NCBI GenBank assembly: GCA_037380845.1
Contig: JARRRI010000003.1
Location: forward strand, 1 to 64,000
Source of the DNA: Candidatus Sulfobium sp.
GTDB taxonomy: Bacteria > Nitrospirota > Thermodesulfovibrionia > Thermodesulfovibrionales > UBA6898
Reading direction: 5' to 3'
Length of the DNA stretch: 64,000 bases
The translations under genes were made by a program, and so were the position numbers. A model generated the notes under the pieces. The model ran no database searches, was not told the origin of the DNA, and saw nothing but the letters and a program-made list of their open reading frames with translations. Of this stretch, positions 38,620-48,569 are shown in pieces; positions within the stretch are counted from its first letter, which is position 1, and each line of letters begins with the position of its first letter.

Positions 38620-40623
38620 TCACATGAAATAATCGAAATCCTGTTCCCGGCGGAGGCGCCGGCGCACACGGAATATGCGGGCCGGAAGAAAACCGGGATC
38701 GAGTTCCACAGAATTCCACTCCTCCTGCCAGATGTACTTGTCTTCGCTCAGAACCTCATGGACGAGATAGGGCCGGCCCGGTTCTATTCCCATCGTCTTC
38801 AGAGGCACCTGTATCCTGCAAGCCTGCTTATGGAAAGGATCGAGGTTCACGACGATAAGGACTATGTTAGTCATGTCGGCGTCCATCTTCCCGTAAAATA
38901 TGACGTTCTCGTTGTCCGCCTCGTAAAAAGTGAGGTTGTTCGTGGTCTGGAGGGCCGGGTTCTCGCGCCTGATCCGGTTGACGGCGGTGACAAAGTCCCG
39001 CAGGCTTTCCGGCTTGCCCCATTCCCAGTGCTTTATCTCGTACTTTTCGGAGCCGCTGTACTCCTCGCGGCCCGGGAATGCCTCGCTTACCGCCTGCTCA
39101 TAGACCGGCCCGTAGATCCCGTAATTGGAAGACAGGGTGGCGGCGAGGATCAGACGTATCAGAAAGGCCGGACGGCCCCCGTACTGAAGATACTCGTGCA
39201 GGATGTCCGGCGTGTTGGGCCAGAAATTGGGCCGGAAGTATTCCCTTACCTCAGAGTCCGTCAGTTCCATGAGGTAGCCGGCAATCTCCCTTTTACTGTT
39301 GCGCCAGGTAAAATAGGTATAGGACTGCGTAAAACCGATCTTCGCCAGCCTGTACATCACCTTCGGCCTCGTGAATGCCTCGGACAAGAAGATCACGTCC
39401 GGGTGGGCCTTTTTTACCTCCCTTATAAGCCACTGCCAGAACGCGAAGGGCTTGGTGTGGGGATTGTCGACCCTGAATATCCTGATGCCCTTTTCCACCC
39501 AGAAGAGAACGACCTCCTTCAGTTCCTGCCAGAGGTTCTCCCAGTCTTCGGTCTCGAAGTCGAAAGGCACGATGTCCTCGTACTTCTTGGGAGGGTTTTC
39601 GGCGAACTGGATCGTCCCGTCAGGCCGCCACCTGAACCATTCGGGGTGCTCCTTCACATAGGGATGATCGGGAGAGCACTGGAAGGCCAGGTCTATCGAC
39701 ACCTCCATATTCCTCTCACCGGCAAGCCTGACGAACCGCTCGAAGTCCTCCATCGTCCCCAGGGCGGGATGAATCGCCTTGTGGCCGCCTTCGTGAGAGC
39801 CGATTGCCCAGGGACTGCCGGGGTCTTCGGGACCGGCGGTGGCCGTGTTGTCCTTTCCTTTCCTGTTCGTACTCCCGATGGGATGGACGGGCGGGAAATA
39901 GATGACGTCAAAACCCATGTGTGCGATAACCGGCAGCAGCCGCTCACACTCACTGAAGGTTCCATGCCCGCGCTGTTCCAGGCCGCAGGACCGCGGAAAT
40001 ATTTCGTACCAGGCACTGAAAAGCGCCTTCTTCCTGTCGACGACCAGTGGGAGCTCCCTCGGATAAGTCCCGGCCGACTTCCTGTCCGGATACTTCTCCA
40101 TCACCGCCGAAAGTTCCTCGCTGGTGGCAATGGAGAACGCCCGGACCACGTCCCTCTCCTTTTCCTCCCTAATTGCCTGGGCAAAGGCCGTCAACTTCTT
40201 CGCGTCCTCCCCGGCTGCATTTAGTGCGGCACGTTCTATCAGGTCCGAACCGATAAGAAGTTCCTGCCCGACTTCCGTTCCGGCCTCATATTTCTTGCGC
40301 AGGTCCTTCTGCCAGGTGAGAAAATGGTCCACCCATCCCTGCAGGGTATAATAATGTACGCCCATTTGCTCAACCTTAAACTCTCCCCTCCACCTGTCGT
40401 TGCCGAGGGGGGACATGGGTGCTTCCCTCCATTCGGTTTCAGAATCGGCGCGGAAGAGGAGCGCAGCCGAAATATCGTCGTGCCCGTCGGCGAAGATATC
40501 GGCCTCCACCACAAGTGTTTCTCCAACTACTCTCTTGACGGCGAAATCCCCGGCATCGATCTCCGGAGAAACCGCCCCGATTACGACCCTTTTCCTGCCG
40601 TCAAAGTCCGTCATGGTTTTCAC
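38620..40623 (-). CDS. glgE: Alpha-1,4-glucan:maltose-1-phosphate maltosyltransferase
   Basis: FADGHD, WYEIFPRS, GSPWAIG, QCSPDHP, AENPPKKYEDI, FRVDNPHTKP, EAFTRP, PNTPDIL. Confidence 0.96.
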   Translation of the reverse strand: MKTMTDFDGRKRVVIGAVSPEIDAGDFAVKRVVGETLVVEADIFADGHDDISAALLFRADSETEWREAPMSPLGNDRWRGEFKVEQMGVHYYTLQGWVDHFLTWQKDLRKKYEAGTEVGQELLIGSDLIERAALNAAGEDAKKLTAFAQAIREEKERDVVRAFSIATSEELSAVMEKYPDRKSAGTYPRELPLVVDRKKALFSAWYEIFPRSCGLEQRGHGTFSECERLLPVIAHMGFDVIYFPPVHPIGSTNRKGKDNTATAGPEDPGSPWAIGSHEGGHKAIHPALGTMEDFERFVRLAGERNMEVSIDLAFQCSPDHPYVKEHPEWFRWRPDGTIQFAENPPKKYEDIVPFDFETEDWENLWQELKEVVLFWVEKGIRIFRVDNPHTKPFAFWQWLIREVKKAHPDVIFLSEAFTRPKVMYRLAKIGFTQSYTYFTWRNSKREIAGYLMELTDSEVREYFRPNFWPNTPDILHEYLQYGGRPAFLIRLILAATLSSNYGIYGPVYEQAVSEAFPGREEYSGSEKYEIKHWEWGKPESLRDFVTAVNRIRRENPALQTTNNLTFYEADNENVIFYGKMDADMTNIVLIVVNLDPFHKQACRIQVPLKTMGIEPGRPYLVHEVLSEDKYIWQEEWNSVELDPGFLPARIFRVRRRLRREQDFDYFM

Positions 40624-40896
40624 TCTTAATGTTTAAATATTAATTCCCTAATTACCGAATCCTTCCGGACAGAGCGCCCCTTACATCCTCCCTTGAGGGG
40701 AGCGAATGAAAGAGAGGTTTAAAAATCAGGGATCTTCCGGTGAAAAAAGAATTTCCGGCTCATGGAATAATGTTAGCAAAAAAGGGAACGGGTCTCAAAC
40801 GGACGACCGCAACCGTATTCGAACTGAAGATCCCCGGTACCATCATCGTTCCGTCGCCGAAAGGCCTACGACCGTCTGATCATCTGCAGGAGGGTT

Positions 40897-40925
40897 TGGG
40901 GGATGGCGTAAGATTCCATCCCCCA
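40897..40925. terminator. Stem-loop downstream of the secreted protein gene
   Basis: TGGGGGATGG / CCATCCCCCA 10-bp stem; no U-tract. Confidence 0.4.
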
Positions 40926-40947
40926 GGGTACTCAGCTGTGTGTTTCT

Positions 40948-43416
40948 TTAGAGCGTGCAGCCAATATTGTTCCAGACAGTCAACTGGCTTTGTAAGGCGT
41001 TCAGCGCTGCGTCACCACCTGCAACTGCATCGTACCACATTGTCACGAGAGCTGCGAGCGACTCGGCAGGATAGGCAGCCGGGAAGGACGACTCGTTCAG
41101 ATATGCCGCTATCATTTCACGTGCCGCGCTTCTGGCGCTGTCGCTGGGCAGGCTGCTGATCACTTCGAACATGGTCAGGCCGTCAAGTCTCGGATCCGTC
41201 ACAATATTGAAGAAGTCGTTGAAGAGTGTGCTAAGGATAAACGGATTTGTTCCCTCACCGGTCCAGTCCGGATCAGGAGGACCCTCGTCCCACATTGAAG
41301 CGCCGCCTGCCGCCCAGAAGCCGGGTGTGCATCCTTCCTCGGGTATAACTTCTTCGCTGCAGTGACCAGGACCGATGTAACCGTTGTTGTAAGCATCGAG
41401 TGCTTCGGCGAGCGAGATAAATTGGCCGCGCAACTCCCTGCCATTCTTGCCTTTTAAAGCAGCTACCTCTGTAGGCGTGTATGTGCTAAAGAGCGCTGTA
41501 GCCGCGTCATAGGCTGCCTGAGCTACAACACTGGGATCGGCTCCATTCAGGAAGTTCAACTCGGAGGAAATGTAAGCGTGTGCCAGGATGTAGTAAGCGT
41601 TGCCGCCGCTCGGGTTGGTCCACAACACCTCGTAGTAAGTCTGACCGCTCTGGAAGAACTGTGTGTCTGCGCCATTCTCTAACAGTGCCCAAGTGTCGTC
41701 GTACGGACCGGGTCCATATTCTGAGTGTGTCTTCCAGTAACCGGGTGTCAGCGTGCATCCACCTGTGCACGGGACGTTTACAGTGATTGTCCAGTCATCG
41801 CTTCCGGTCGTGCCCGTGTCGTTAGTAACGAAGGAGGCTGTGTTATCAACGGTATAGGTACCACAGATAGCATAGGGGCCGATATTCCGGCTGTAATTAA
41901 ACGTAGCGGGTCCGCTGGCTGTGCATACCGTGCCGAGAGCACCTGCGTAAGTATCGCTGACATCAGTGCACTCGTCAAGCTCGCTGATTGCTGCAGAACT
42001 GAAATCAACTGCTGCTGTGCCTTGATAACCCTCCGTGCCGTCATTCTCCACAAACGCGGTGGCGGTATTCGTGCGATAAGAGCCATCCGGCAAAGCGACT
42101 TGGTAGCTGCAGACGAGACTACCTCCTGCCGAAAGCTCATATGGGAAAATGGCTCCGCAATCCACCGTAGCCGGGATGCCCGGTGACACGGTATCCGTAA
42201 TATTGCCAAGTGTAATAGTAAACGGATTAGGGTTGTTCACAACAATACTACCGCTCACAGCCCACTCGCTATCCGTATAAGTTGAATCTACCCGCACAGT
42301 ATAGTTCACCGGGAACTGCTGACCCGTCGAAAGAGTCAGGGTACTCTGGTCGGCAGATTTGTGGATAGTCCAGTTGTGAGTGCGCGTGAAGGAAGTGCTG
42401 GCATCCTTGTAAACTTCTGGGGGAAGAACTGCGGCCGTCCCATAAGCGGCAAAGGCCAAAAGAAGCTCTTTGTCCTTCTTCACTTCCTTGACGCCTATCT
42501 CCCTGAGAGGGATCGTAAAATCATATACCTTATGCTGATAGGCAACTTTATCGGTATAGGTGAAATCGGGTCTGCCCCATCTGATTTCAGGGACCGAGAC
42601 CCTGAACTCCTTGAGCCCTTCTTCCGTCTTCACGTATACCTTGGAGTAATCCTTGTTGCCATCCATTGTGTCATCAGGGGTAAAGTCTATGGTGACATAA
42701 AGGTTCTTATCGTCGTTCCTTACCCATCCGTATGTAAAACCCGAGGGATGTCCCGAGCCTGTTACCGAATATTCCTTAAAGAAAGGATTTTCAGTCATGT
42801 CCGGTCGGCCAATTTTCCCTGGGGTGGTTCCAACAGCCTTAAGGCTGTAAGGGTAAAACTCCGAGGCCCCGGTAATCTTTTTATAAACGTTCGAAGGCGG
42901 GAACTGAAAGGGTGTCTTGCTGATTTTGGTGCCTTCCACCCTTGCGGTGAGGCTCAAGACCTTGGTGTTACCTTTACCGGGAAATGCCAGCTCTATGCTC
43001 CTATGAAACGCATCGACTACATCGAAGTCTTTCCTTGAGACCTTCTTCAGTGCGAGGACGTCGTCCGTACCTTTCACGTCAGCCGGGGGCCTATTTCCAA
43101 GAAGAACAGCATCGATATGGGCTGCTCCTCCTCCCTTCTGCACAAGCCTTACCTTGACATTCTCATCACCTGACACATATTTGTTCAGGTCCATCTCCTT
43201 TTGGCGGAAATATTTATCAAAGGACAGTTTGCCGGCTTCCTGCCACACATCGTCCTTTAACACGTAGACTACATAATCCCCTGCCGGATTCAATCCCTCA
43301 ACGTGGATACTCAAAGGGACTGGTTGGTTTACTTTCGGCGCTGCCAGTGCCCGTAAAGGCCCGGCAAGCACCGCTAAAAACACAACAAAACTTATAATGA
43401 CTCTCCGCTTATTCAT
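40948..43416 (-). CDS. Large secreted multidomain protein of unknown function
   Basis: Signal peptide (ALA); Lys-rich N-terminal ~330 aa; acidic Thr-rich beta-region; two GCT(LT)PG(Y/F)W motifs. Confidence 0.85.
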   Translation of the reverse strand: MNKRRVIISFVVFLAVLAGPLRALAAPKVNQPVPLSIHVEGLNPAGDYVVYVLKDDVWQEAGKLSFDKYFRQKEMDLNKYVSGDENVKVRLVQKGGGAAHIDAVLLGNRPPADVKGTDDVLALKKVSRKDFDVVDAFHRSIELAFPGKGNTKVLSLTARVEGTKISKTPFQFPPSNVYKKITGASEFYPYSLKAVGTTPGKIGRPDMTENPFFKEYSVTGSGHPSGFTYGWVRNDDKNLYVTIDFTPDDTMDGNKDYSKVYVKTEEGLKEFRVSVPEIRWGRPDFTYTDKVAYQHKVYDFTIPLREIGVKEVKKDKELLLAFAAYGTAAVLPPEVYKDASTSFTRTHNWTIHKSADQSTLTLSTGQQFPVNYTVRVDSTYTDSEWAVSGSIVVNNPNPFTITLGNITDTVSPGIPATVDCGAIFPYELSAGGSLVCSYQVALPDGSYRTNTATAFVENDGTEGYQGTAAVDFSSAAISELDECTDVSDTYAGALGTVCTASGPATFNYSRNIGPYAICGTYTVDNTASFVTNDTGTTGSDDWTITVNVPCTGGCTLTPGYWKTHSEYGPGPYDDTWALLENGADTQFFQSGQTYYEVLWTNPSGGNAYYILAHAYISSELNFLNGADPSVVAQAAYDAATALFSTYTPTEVAALKGKNGRELRGQFISLAEALDAYNNGYIGPGHCSEEVIPEEGCTPGFWAAGGASMWDEGPPDPDWTGEGTNPFILSTLFNDFFNIVTDPRLDGLTMFEVISSLPSDSARSAAREMIAAYLNESSFPAAYPAESLAALVTMWYDAVAGGDAALNALQSQLTVWNNIGCTL

Positions 43417-43977
43417 CTCTGTTCCCCCATTTCCTTGCCCTTATCTTCCTTACTGAAGAAAGAGCACAGTTTATTCCCCTCCTCAAAAACGTCACTGGGA
43501 GTGGCCTGGCGAGCCGCCTTTAACTCCACCACCGTAACCTCGATTCTTCACACCCTTTCTGAGAAATCTGCTGTCGTTCCGGGTAGTGGTGCAGGAATCT
43601 GGAATCTTAGTGGACGGATTCTTTGGTTTTTTGCACACCTCCTTCAGAGTCGTGTCACTTGTATACCGGCCTTTACAGGACCCCTATGACGAAATAAATA
43701 ATTCGAGAAGCATCAATCACAAGAGGTGAACTGCAGGGCTCAACTATCCTTTACCTCGCTCCCCCGGCCGAAAGTTACTCTTTACTGTATCCCTTTACGG
43801 AACAGCTCACAATGACAATTGTTGCTTTTTTTGCGGCAAATATTGTGTTTGCCGGCAAGGACAGTCATAATGATTCGGGGTGAAATCTGCGTCGGTCAGC
43901 TGTAGGCTGTGTGTGCGTCTTCCTCTCTCGGGGACGTAATTTCTTTTATTTGCCGTCCTGGCCTTTCCTCATTAAGG

Positions 43978-44262
43978 TCACTCAATAAACGTAAGTCCTG
44001 CCTTACAGAAGTTCTGCTGAAAGTCCTTGACCCATCGGATAATTGCCTTCTGCGAGAACAATGACAGTTCTTTTTTGATAATTATGCGGCCGCCTTCTCT
44101 GAGCCGAGCGGAAGTGACAACACACATTCCGGAATCGCTCACGTTTAAGGACGCGCCGATGTGCATCTTCTGGAACTCATCACGGTCAAAGCAAAACTCT
44201 ATACTGTTCAGAGATACATGCCGCGGACAGGTTCTTCGCTCGGTTCCGTCTGGAGATGGCAT
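43978..44262 (-). CDS. Stand-alone PilZ domain protein
   Basis: ERRTCPR, NVSDSGMC, IRWV...AGLTF. Confidence 0.85.
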   Translation of the reverse strand: MPSPDGTERRTCPRHVSLNSIEFCFDRDEFQKMHIGASLNVSDSGMCVVTSARLREGGRIIIKKELSLFSQKAIIRWVKDFQQNFCKAGLTFIE

Positions 44263-44282
44263 TCCGCCCCTTTCTTTTTCTC

Positions 44283-44311
44283 ACTTTAGGACAAGGCAAG
44301 ATGGATGTCAA
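44283..44311 (-). promoter_or_regulatory. Sigma70-type promoter of the second PilZ gene
   Basis: Minus strand TTGACA-N17-TAAAGT. Confidence 0.55.
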
Positions 44312-44689
44312 TCGAAGGGAATTATTGCTTTATGAACGCAAAATTCAGGGAAGAAGACTGTGAGCATTGGACCAGCGAATGGCCACCACGAAGTATTCCC
44401 CTGAAACACCTCTAAGTTGTCCCAGCGGAAAGTCCGAGGGGCCAGCCTGTTGACATGGGACAAGCAGGCTCCGCAGAACCGCGATTCAGCACTGGAAATC
44501 GACACTACTGAGGAGACTTCGGAGGTGAGGGTTGTCAGTCAAAAACCCGATGGATCGGGGTCCAGGTTTAAGAAGCAACATGGATCCGGGGGGATGCTCA
44601 GATTTGAATCATACTCGTGTTGTTTTCAAATACCTTCCGTGCCGGGTAGAATAAGTAACGACCGTAATTTATATCAGCGAGGTGAACCG

Positions 44690-45265
44690 ATGAAGAGTAT
44701 TAAGGGAACGAAGACCGAGAAGAACCTGCTTACTGCATTTGCCGGTGAGTCACAGGCCCGGAACCGGTATACATACTTCGCCTCCCAGGCCAAAAAGGAG
44801 GGATACGAGCAGATCGCGGGCTTTTTCCTGGAAACCGCCGACAACGAAAAGGAGCATGCCAAGCGGCTCTTCAAGTTTCTCGAAGGCGGAGAGGCGGAAG
44901 TAATGGCCGCTTTCCCCGCCGGGGTGATAGGGGATACAGGCGCGAACCTCAAGGCCGCTGCTGCCGGAGAAAGGTACGAGCATTCGATCATGTACCCTGA
45001 ATTCGGACTTGTCGCCGACAAAGAAGGCTTCCCGCATATCGCCGCAGTTTTCAGGGCGATCGCGGTTGCAGAGACGCAGCACGAGAAACGCTATCTGGGA
45101 CTGTTGGCAAACATTGAAAACGCCCGCGTCTTCAGGCGGGAAGGACCGACGAAGTGGAAATGCCGCAATTGCGGCTATATCCATGAGGGCGACGACACTC
45201 CGTCAAAGTGCCCTGCCTGTGACCATCCCCGGGCCCATTTCGAGCTTTTGGGAGAGAACTGGTAA
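44690..45265 (+). CDS. rbr: Rubrerythrin
   Basis: AFAGESQARNRY, NEKEHA, GERYEH, ETQHEKRY, C-terminal CRNCGY...CPACDHP; GAGGTG RBS. Confidence 0.96.
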   Translation: MKSIKGTKTEKNLLTAFAGESQARNRYTYFASQAKKEGYEQIAGFFLETADNEKEHAKRLFKFLEGGEAEVMAAFPAGVIGDTGANLKAAAAGERYEHSIMYPEFGLVADKEGFPHIAAVFRAIAVAETQHEKRYLGLLANIENARVFRREGPTKWKCRNCGYIHEGDDTPSKCPACDHPRAHFELLGENW

Positions 45266-45470
45266 GGTAAACGGCTGTAACCGGGGGCCAGGTACGTGCA
45301 ACTTCGGTGAAAGTCTCGCGGCTTGAGTGTGGGGCCTTTGTCTTATAGAATGAAGTGGAGCGGATAGCTCAGGTACTTCCCGAATCGGTGACCGGGATGT
45401 ATTATATAACCATGAAAGTACAGTTGACACTCAGGGTGACAATCGGGTTATCCTGAAAAGGGAGGAGACG

Positions 45471-45698
45471 ATGACCGAAAGGGATGATAAATTCGATGAA
45501 ATATCACGTCAGCTCAACGAAAATATACTAGCAGTGAAGGGTACCCTTGAACTCGTGGATACTTCCGTTACAGAGGACGATCTGCACGCCCTTTTACTGA
45601 AGGCAATGCAAAGGATGGACAGCATTCAGAGGTTATCGGGTGACATGCTCAATGCTTTGCAAAATTGCCTCAACAAGATGGATTCGGGCAATAAATGA
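45471..45698 (+). CDS. Small helical protein resembling a HisKA/DHp domain without the His
   Basis: GGAGGAG RBS; ISRQLNENILAVKGTLELV followed by a second amphipathic helix. Confidence 0.7.
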   Translation: MTERDDKFDEISRQLNENILAVKGTLELVDTSVTEDDLHALLLKAMQRMDSIQRLSGDMLNALQNCLNKMDSGNK

Positions 45699-45725
45699 GA
45701 AACAGCCTTTTAATGCAGCCTTGTC

Positions 45726-47960
45726 CTATCCCGAAACCTTACCGCCTATTGTCTCTCTCAACATAGCCGCCAACTCCGTAATGCGCCTGTCCGTCGTGAT
45801 CTCTTCCAGGAACATCGGCATTTTTCTCATCCAGGAGGGATAACCTTCACTGTTTCCCGGCAGGTTCTGCTGGTCCATGGCGCCGATGACATCGTTCAAA
45901 TTGACCAGGACCAGTTTGCAGGGGGTGGAGGCCAGATAGCGGTAGATAGCAGAGCAGAGTTCGGGCGTCATCTGCTCTGCGGAATAATCGCCGGGCAGAA
46001 AACCCGCTGATTTGAGAGCAGTCAGAATAAGAGACTTGTCCCGCTTCCTGACCTCGACCACCTCCCGCCACTTCTCGTCGTCGTCATACACTCCGAGCCG
46101 CCGCCTGACATGGAGGTCCCTGCCGGCCCAGTACCCGTACAACGTAGGCAGGTCGTGGGTAGTAACTGAACAAAGGGCGGTCTCGGGATATCCGCCGGGA
46201 GGGGTAAAAGAGGGATCGGGGTAGTTCCTTTCGAAATAGAAGAGCCGGTACGAAAACATGCGGAACCTCCGGAGTGTCTCCCTCACGTTTTCACCGATGG
46301 TTCCCAGGTCTTCTGCGATGATCGTGGTCCTGTTGCGCACGCTTTCGAGTGCGATAATCCTGAGCAGGTCTTCAGAAGGATAGCTGACATAGGCGCCTTC
46401 CTTTGCGGTCATGCCGTGCGGAATCCAGAAAAGCCGGAACAGGCCCAGCGCATGGTCGATTCTCAGGGCCCCCCCGTATTCCATGTTCTTCCTGATCGTG
46501 TGTATGAAAAGGTCATAGCCCGTCTCTTTCAGCCTCAGTGGTATCAGCGGCGGGAAACCCCAATTCTGGCCGTCCGGGCTGAAATCATCCGGAGGGGCGC
46601 CAACATCCGCCTCCCGCGCCAGAACTTCCCCGTAATTCCATGCGTCGCTCCCTCCCCCCATGGACCCCACGGCCAGATCGTGGTAGAACCCGAGGGACAT
46701 TTCTCTCTTCTCGATCCTTTCTGCGGTCAATGCCAGCTGTTCGTCGATAAGCCACTGGACGTACTTGTGATAGAGGACCTTCTTCCAGTTCAACCTTTTG
46801 AACTGCCTTACTGCGGGGCCCAGGGGGTCGTGATACTCCTCCGGCCAGGACTGCCACGCGAAGGCATTGTTATTTGTCTTCATATAGTCGCTGACAGCCT
46901 GGTAGACTGCAAATGCATCGAGGAACTCCCCCTCCCTGGCAGCGTATTTTCTGAAATCTTCGCCCCTTGCCGTGTTCTTCCTGTAATGCGTGTCATAAAA
47001 AAACCGGAAAGCCTGCTTGAGTATTTCCTCTTTCAGCGAAGCTACGCCCTCGTAATCTATAAATTCCCGATCCCTGAGCCGGGCCGCCCTCTCCCGGAAG
47101 ACCGCGGAGCCCAGGACCCTGCCGATGTCCGCCGATTCCCTGACTTCCGGCAGGCTCTCGACGTCGAGGTATATGAAATTTCTGTAGAGCCTGCTGACTG
47201 GCGAATAAGGACTTATCCCGGAACGCTCTCTGTTCGGGACCGCGTGCAGAGGGTTGATTCCTACAAACCCGCCCTCCATGGAATCAACCCACTTCACGAC
47301 AGCATCGAGGTCGGTAAAATCTCCGGAGCCCCAGTTCCTCCCGGACCGGAGCGAGTACAGGTCCACGGCAACTCCCCAGGACCTGCCCTCCTGCAAGGCG
47401 GGCGGAAGATAGCAGGTGTCGGGTGTTATAATGGTCCGCGAAATCCCTGCCAGCTGCTTCTTTCGGTCCGGAAAGATCCGGCGGGCATGTCTGAACTCAA
47501 AACGCAGGAGATAGTATCCGATATTCCGGAAGGTGCTGTCTTCGACAACCATCCTTATATATCGTCTTCCCTCGACATGCCGCTCTTCGGAAACCCGTAT
47601 GTGCTCGCCCGAAACCGTGAAATCGTCTCGGCCGCCCTCTTCGTCCTCTATCGACCACGAGACGGAAAGGTCCGGTTCCTCACCCTCTTCTAACGGAAGA
47701 CGAAGAGAGACGGTCATGGGCTGCTCATTCACGGATATAACGCGCACCGGATCCACGAAAACCTTCCATTCCGACCACGTCAGCTTCCCGATTTCTTCAG
47801 CAAGGCCCTCTCCGGAATCGACATTCAGCTTCATTGCGCTGAGGATTGCCTTTTTTGTTTCAAGGGGTGTTACGTGCTTGTTGCCGAAGATATCGTAATA
47901 CTCCGGCATGATCCCGCAGAGGGCCGCAAGCTCATCTACCAGTTCATTATAGGGTTTCAT
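45726..47960 (-). CDS. malQ: 4-alpha-glucanotransferase (amylomaltase; alternative start 47990)
   Basis: LYSLRS..NWG.GDF, SPYSP.SR, DLAVG, GAPPD, GQNWG.PP, RIDH.LG, AEDLG, THDLPT. Confidence 0.95.
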   Translation of the reverse strand: MKPYNELVDELAALCGIMPEYYDIFGNKHVTPLETKKAILSAMKLNVDSGEGLAEEIGKLTWSEWKVFVDPVRVISVNEQPMTVSLRLPLEEGEEPDLSVSWSIEDEEGGRDDFTVSGEHIRVSEERHVEGRRYIRMVVEDSTFRNIGYYLLRFEFRHARRIFPDRKKQLAGISRTIITPDTCYLPPALQEGRSWGVAVDLYSLRSGRNWGSGDFTDLDAVVKWVDSMEGGFVGINPLHAVPNRERSGISPYSPVSRLYRNFIYLDVESLPEVRESADIGRVLGSAVFRERAARLRDREFIDYEGVASLKEEILKQAFRFFYDTHYRKNTARGEDFRKYAAREGEFLDAFAVYQAVSDYMKTNNNAFAWQSWPEEYHDPLGPAVRQFKRLNWKKVLYHKYVQWLIDEQLALTAERIEKREMSLGFYHDLAVGSMGGGSDAWNYGEVLAREADVGAPPDDFSPDGQNWGFPPLIPLRLKETGYDLFIHTIRKNMEYGGALRIDHALGLFRLFWIPHGMTAKEGAYVSYPSEDLLRIIALESVRNRTTIIAEDLGTIGENVRETLRRFRMFSYRLFYFERNYPDPSFTPPGGYPETALCSVTTHDLPTLYGYWAGRDLHVRRRLGVYDDDEKWREVVEVRKRDKSLILTALKSAGFLPGDYSAEQMTPELCSAIYRYLASTPCKLVLVNLNDVIGAMDQQNLPGNSEGYPSWMRKMPMFLEEITTDRRITELAAMLRETIGGKVSG

Positions 47961-48055
47961 CTCTTCCCCGCCATGGAGTCCGGTCGTCATCCTTTCACCA
48001 TGATAGCAGAATATTTCCTGCGTTCGAAGAAAAGTTGAGATTCGGGTGTTTTTCG

Positions 48056-48083
48056 ATCGCTATTCCCTGTATAATATAGCGCT
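48056..48083. promoter_or_regulatory. ModE-box-like operator overlapping a TATAAT -10
   Basis: CGCTAT-N12-ATAGCG, the same 24-bp geometry as CGNTATATA-N6-TATATANCG. Confidence 0.6.
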
Positions 48084-48084
48084 T

Positions 48085-48477
48085 ATGCATCACAAAAAGG
48101 TCCATCCGCGCAAGGAACACCATGGGGCCACCGGTCTCCGCGGCCGCGTCTGGATTGACGGACCGGAGGGGACCTTCCTGGGCTACGGTCGCATCACCCT
48201 GCTCGAGAGAATCCGTGAACATGGTTCGGTAACCAGAGCGGCGAAGTCGATGGAAATGTCTTACCGCCATGCATGGGAACTGGTGGAATCGATGAACAGA
48301 CAGTCAGGCAGGCCCCTGGTCGAATTGGCTGCAGGAGGCAAGGGAGGGGGCGGTGCCCGCCTTACTGCGACGGGTGAAAAGGCCGTCGCCCTCTTCTGGA
48401 AATTTTATGAAGACTTCCAGGATTTCCTGAAGAAGGAAGAGAAGGTCCTGGATGTTGAGTTCAATACTGATTTCTGA
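48085..48477 (+). CDS. modE: ModE-family regulator (N-terminal wHTH domain only)
   Basis: FLGYGRITLLERI.EHGS...AAKSM.MSYR.AW, GGKGGGGARLT; no TOBE domain. Confidence 0.88.
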   Translation: MHHKKVHPRKEHHGATGLRGRVWIDGPEGTFLGYGRITLLERIREHGSVTRAAKSMEMSYRHAWELVESMNRQSGRPLVELAAGGKGGGGARLTATGEKAVALFWKFYEDFQDFLKKEEKVLDVEFNTDF

Positions 48478-48569
48478 AAGGGCAAGACCGCTCTGGGCAG
48501 CGAGATCTTCCGGACGGGATGTTGCAAACCGAATGTCTCATACGGCTTTTACATGAGGAGGAAGGTTAG

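Noticed and set aside
31155..40224. Long plus-strand ORFs (31155..32462, 33916..34998, 35319..36572, 36900..38246, 38758..40224)
   Set aside because: Antisense shadows of well-supported minus-strand genes in GC-rich DNA; no recognisable motifs
44425..44490. GGAAAGTCCG resembling the RNase P RNA signature
   Set aside because: No matching 3' P4 strand at a suitable distance was seen
44417..44689. 91-aa N-terminal extension of rubrerythrin in the ORF track
   Set aside because: The family starts at MKSIKGTKTE and a GAGGTG RBS precedes ATG 44690
48478..48569. Moco riboswitch between modE and the porin
   Set aside because: The spacer is short and I could not find the conserved motif elements
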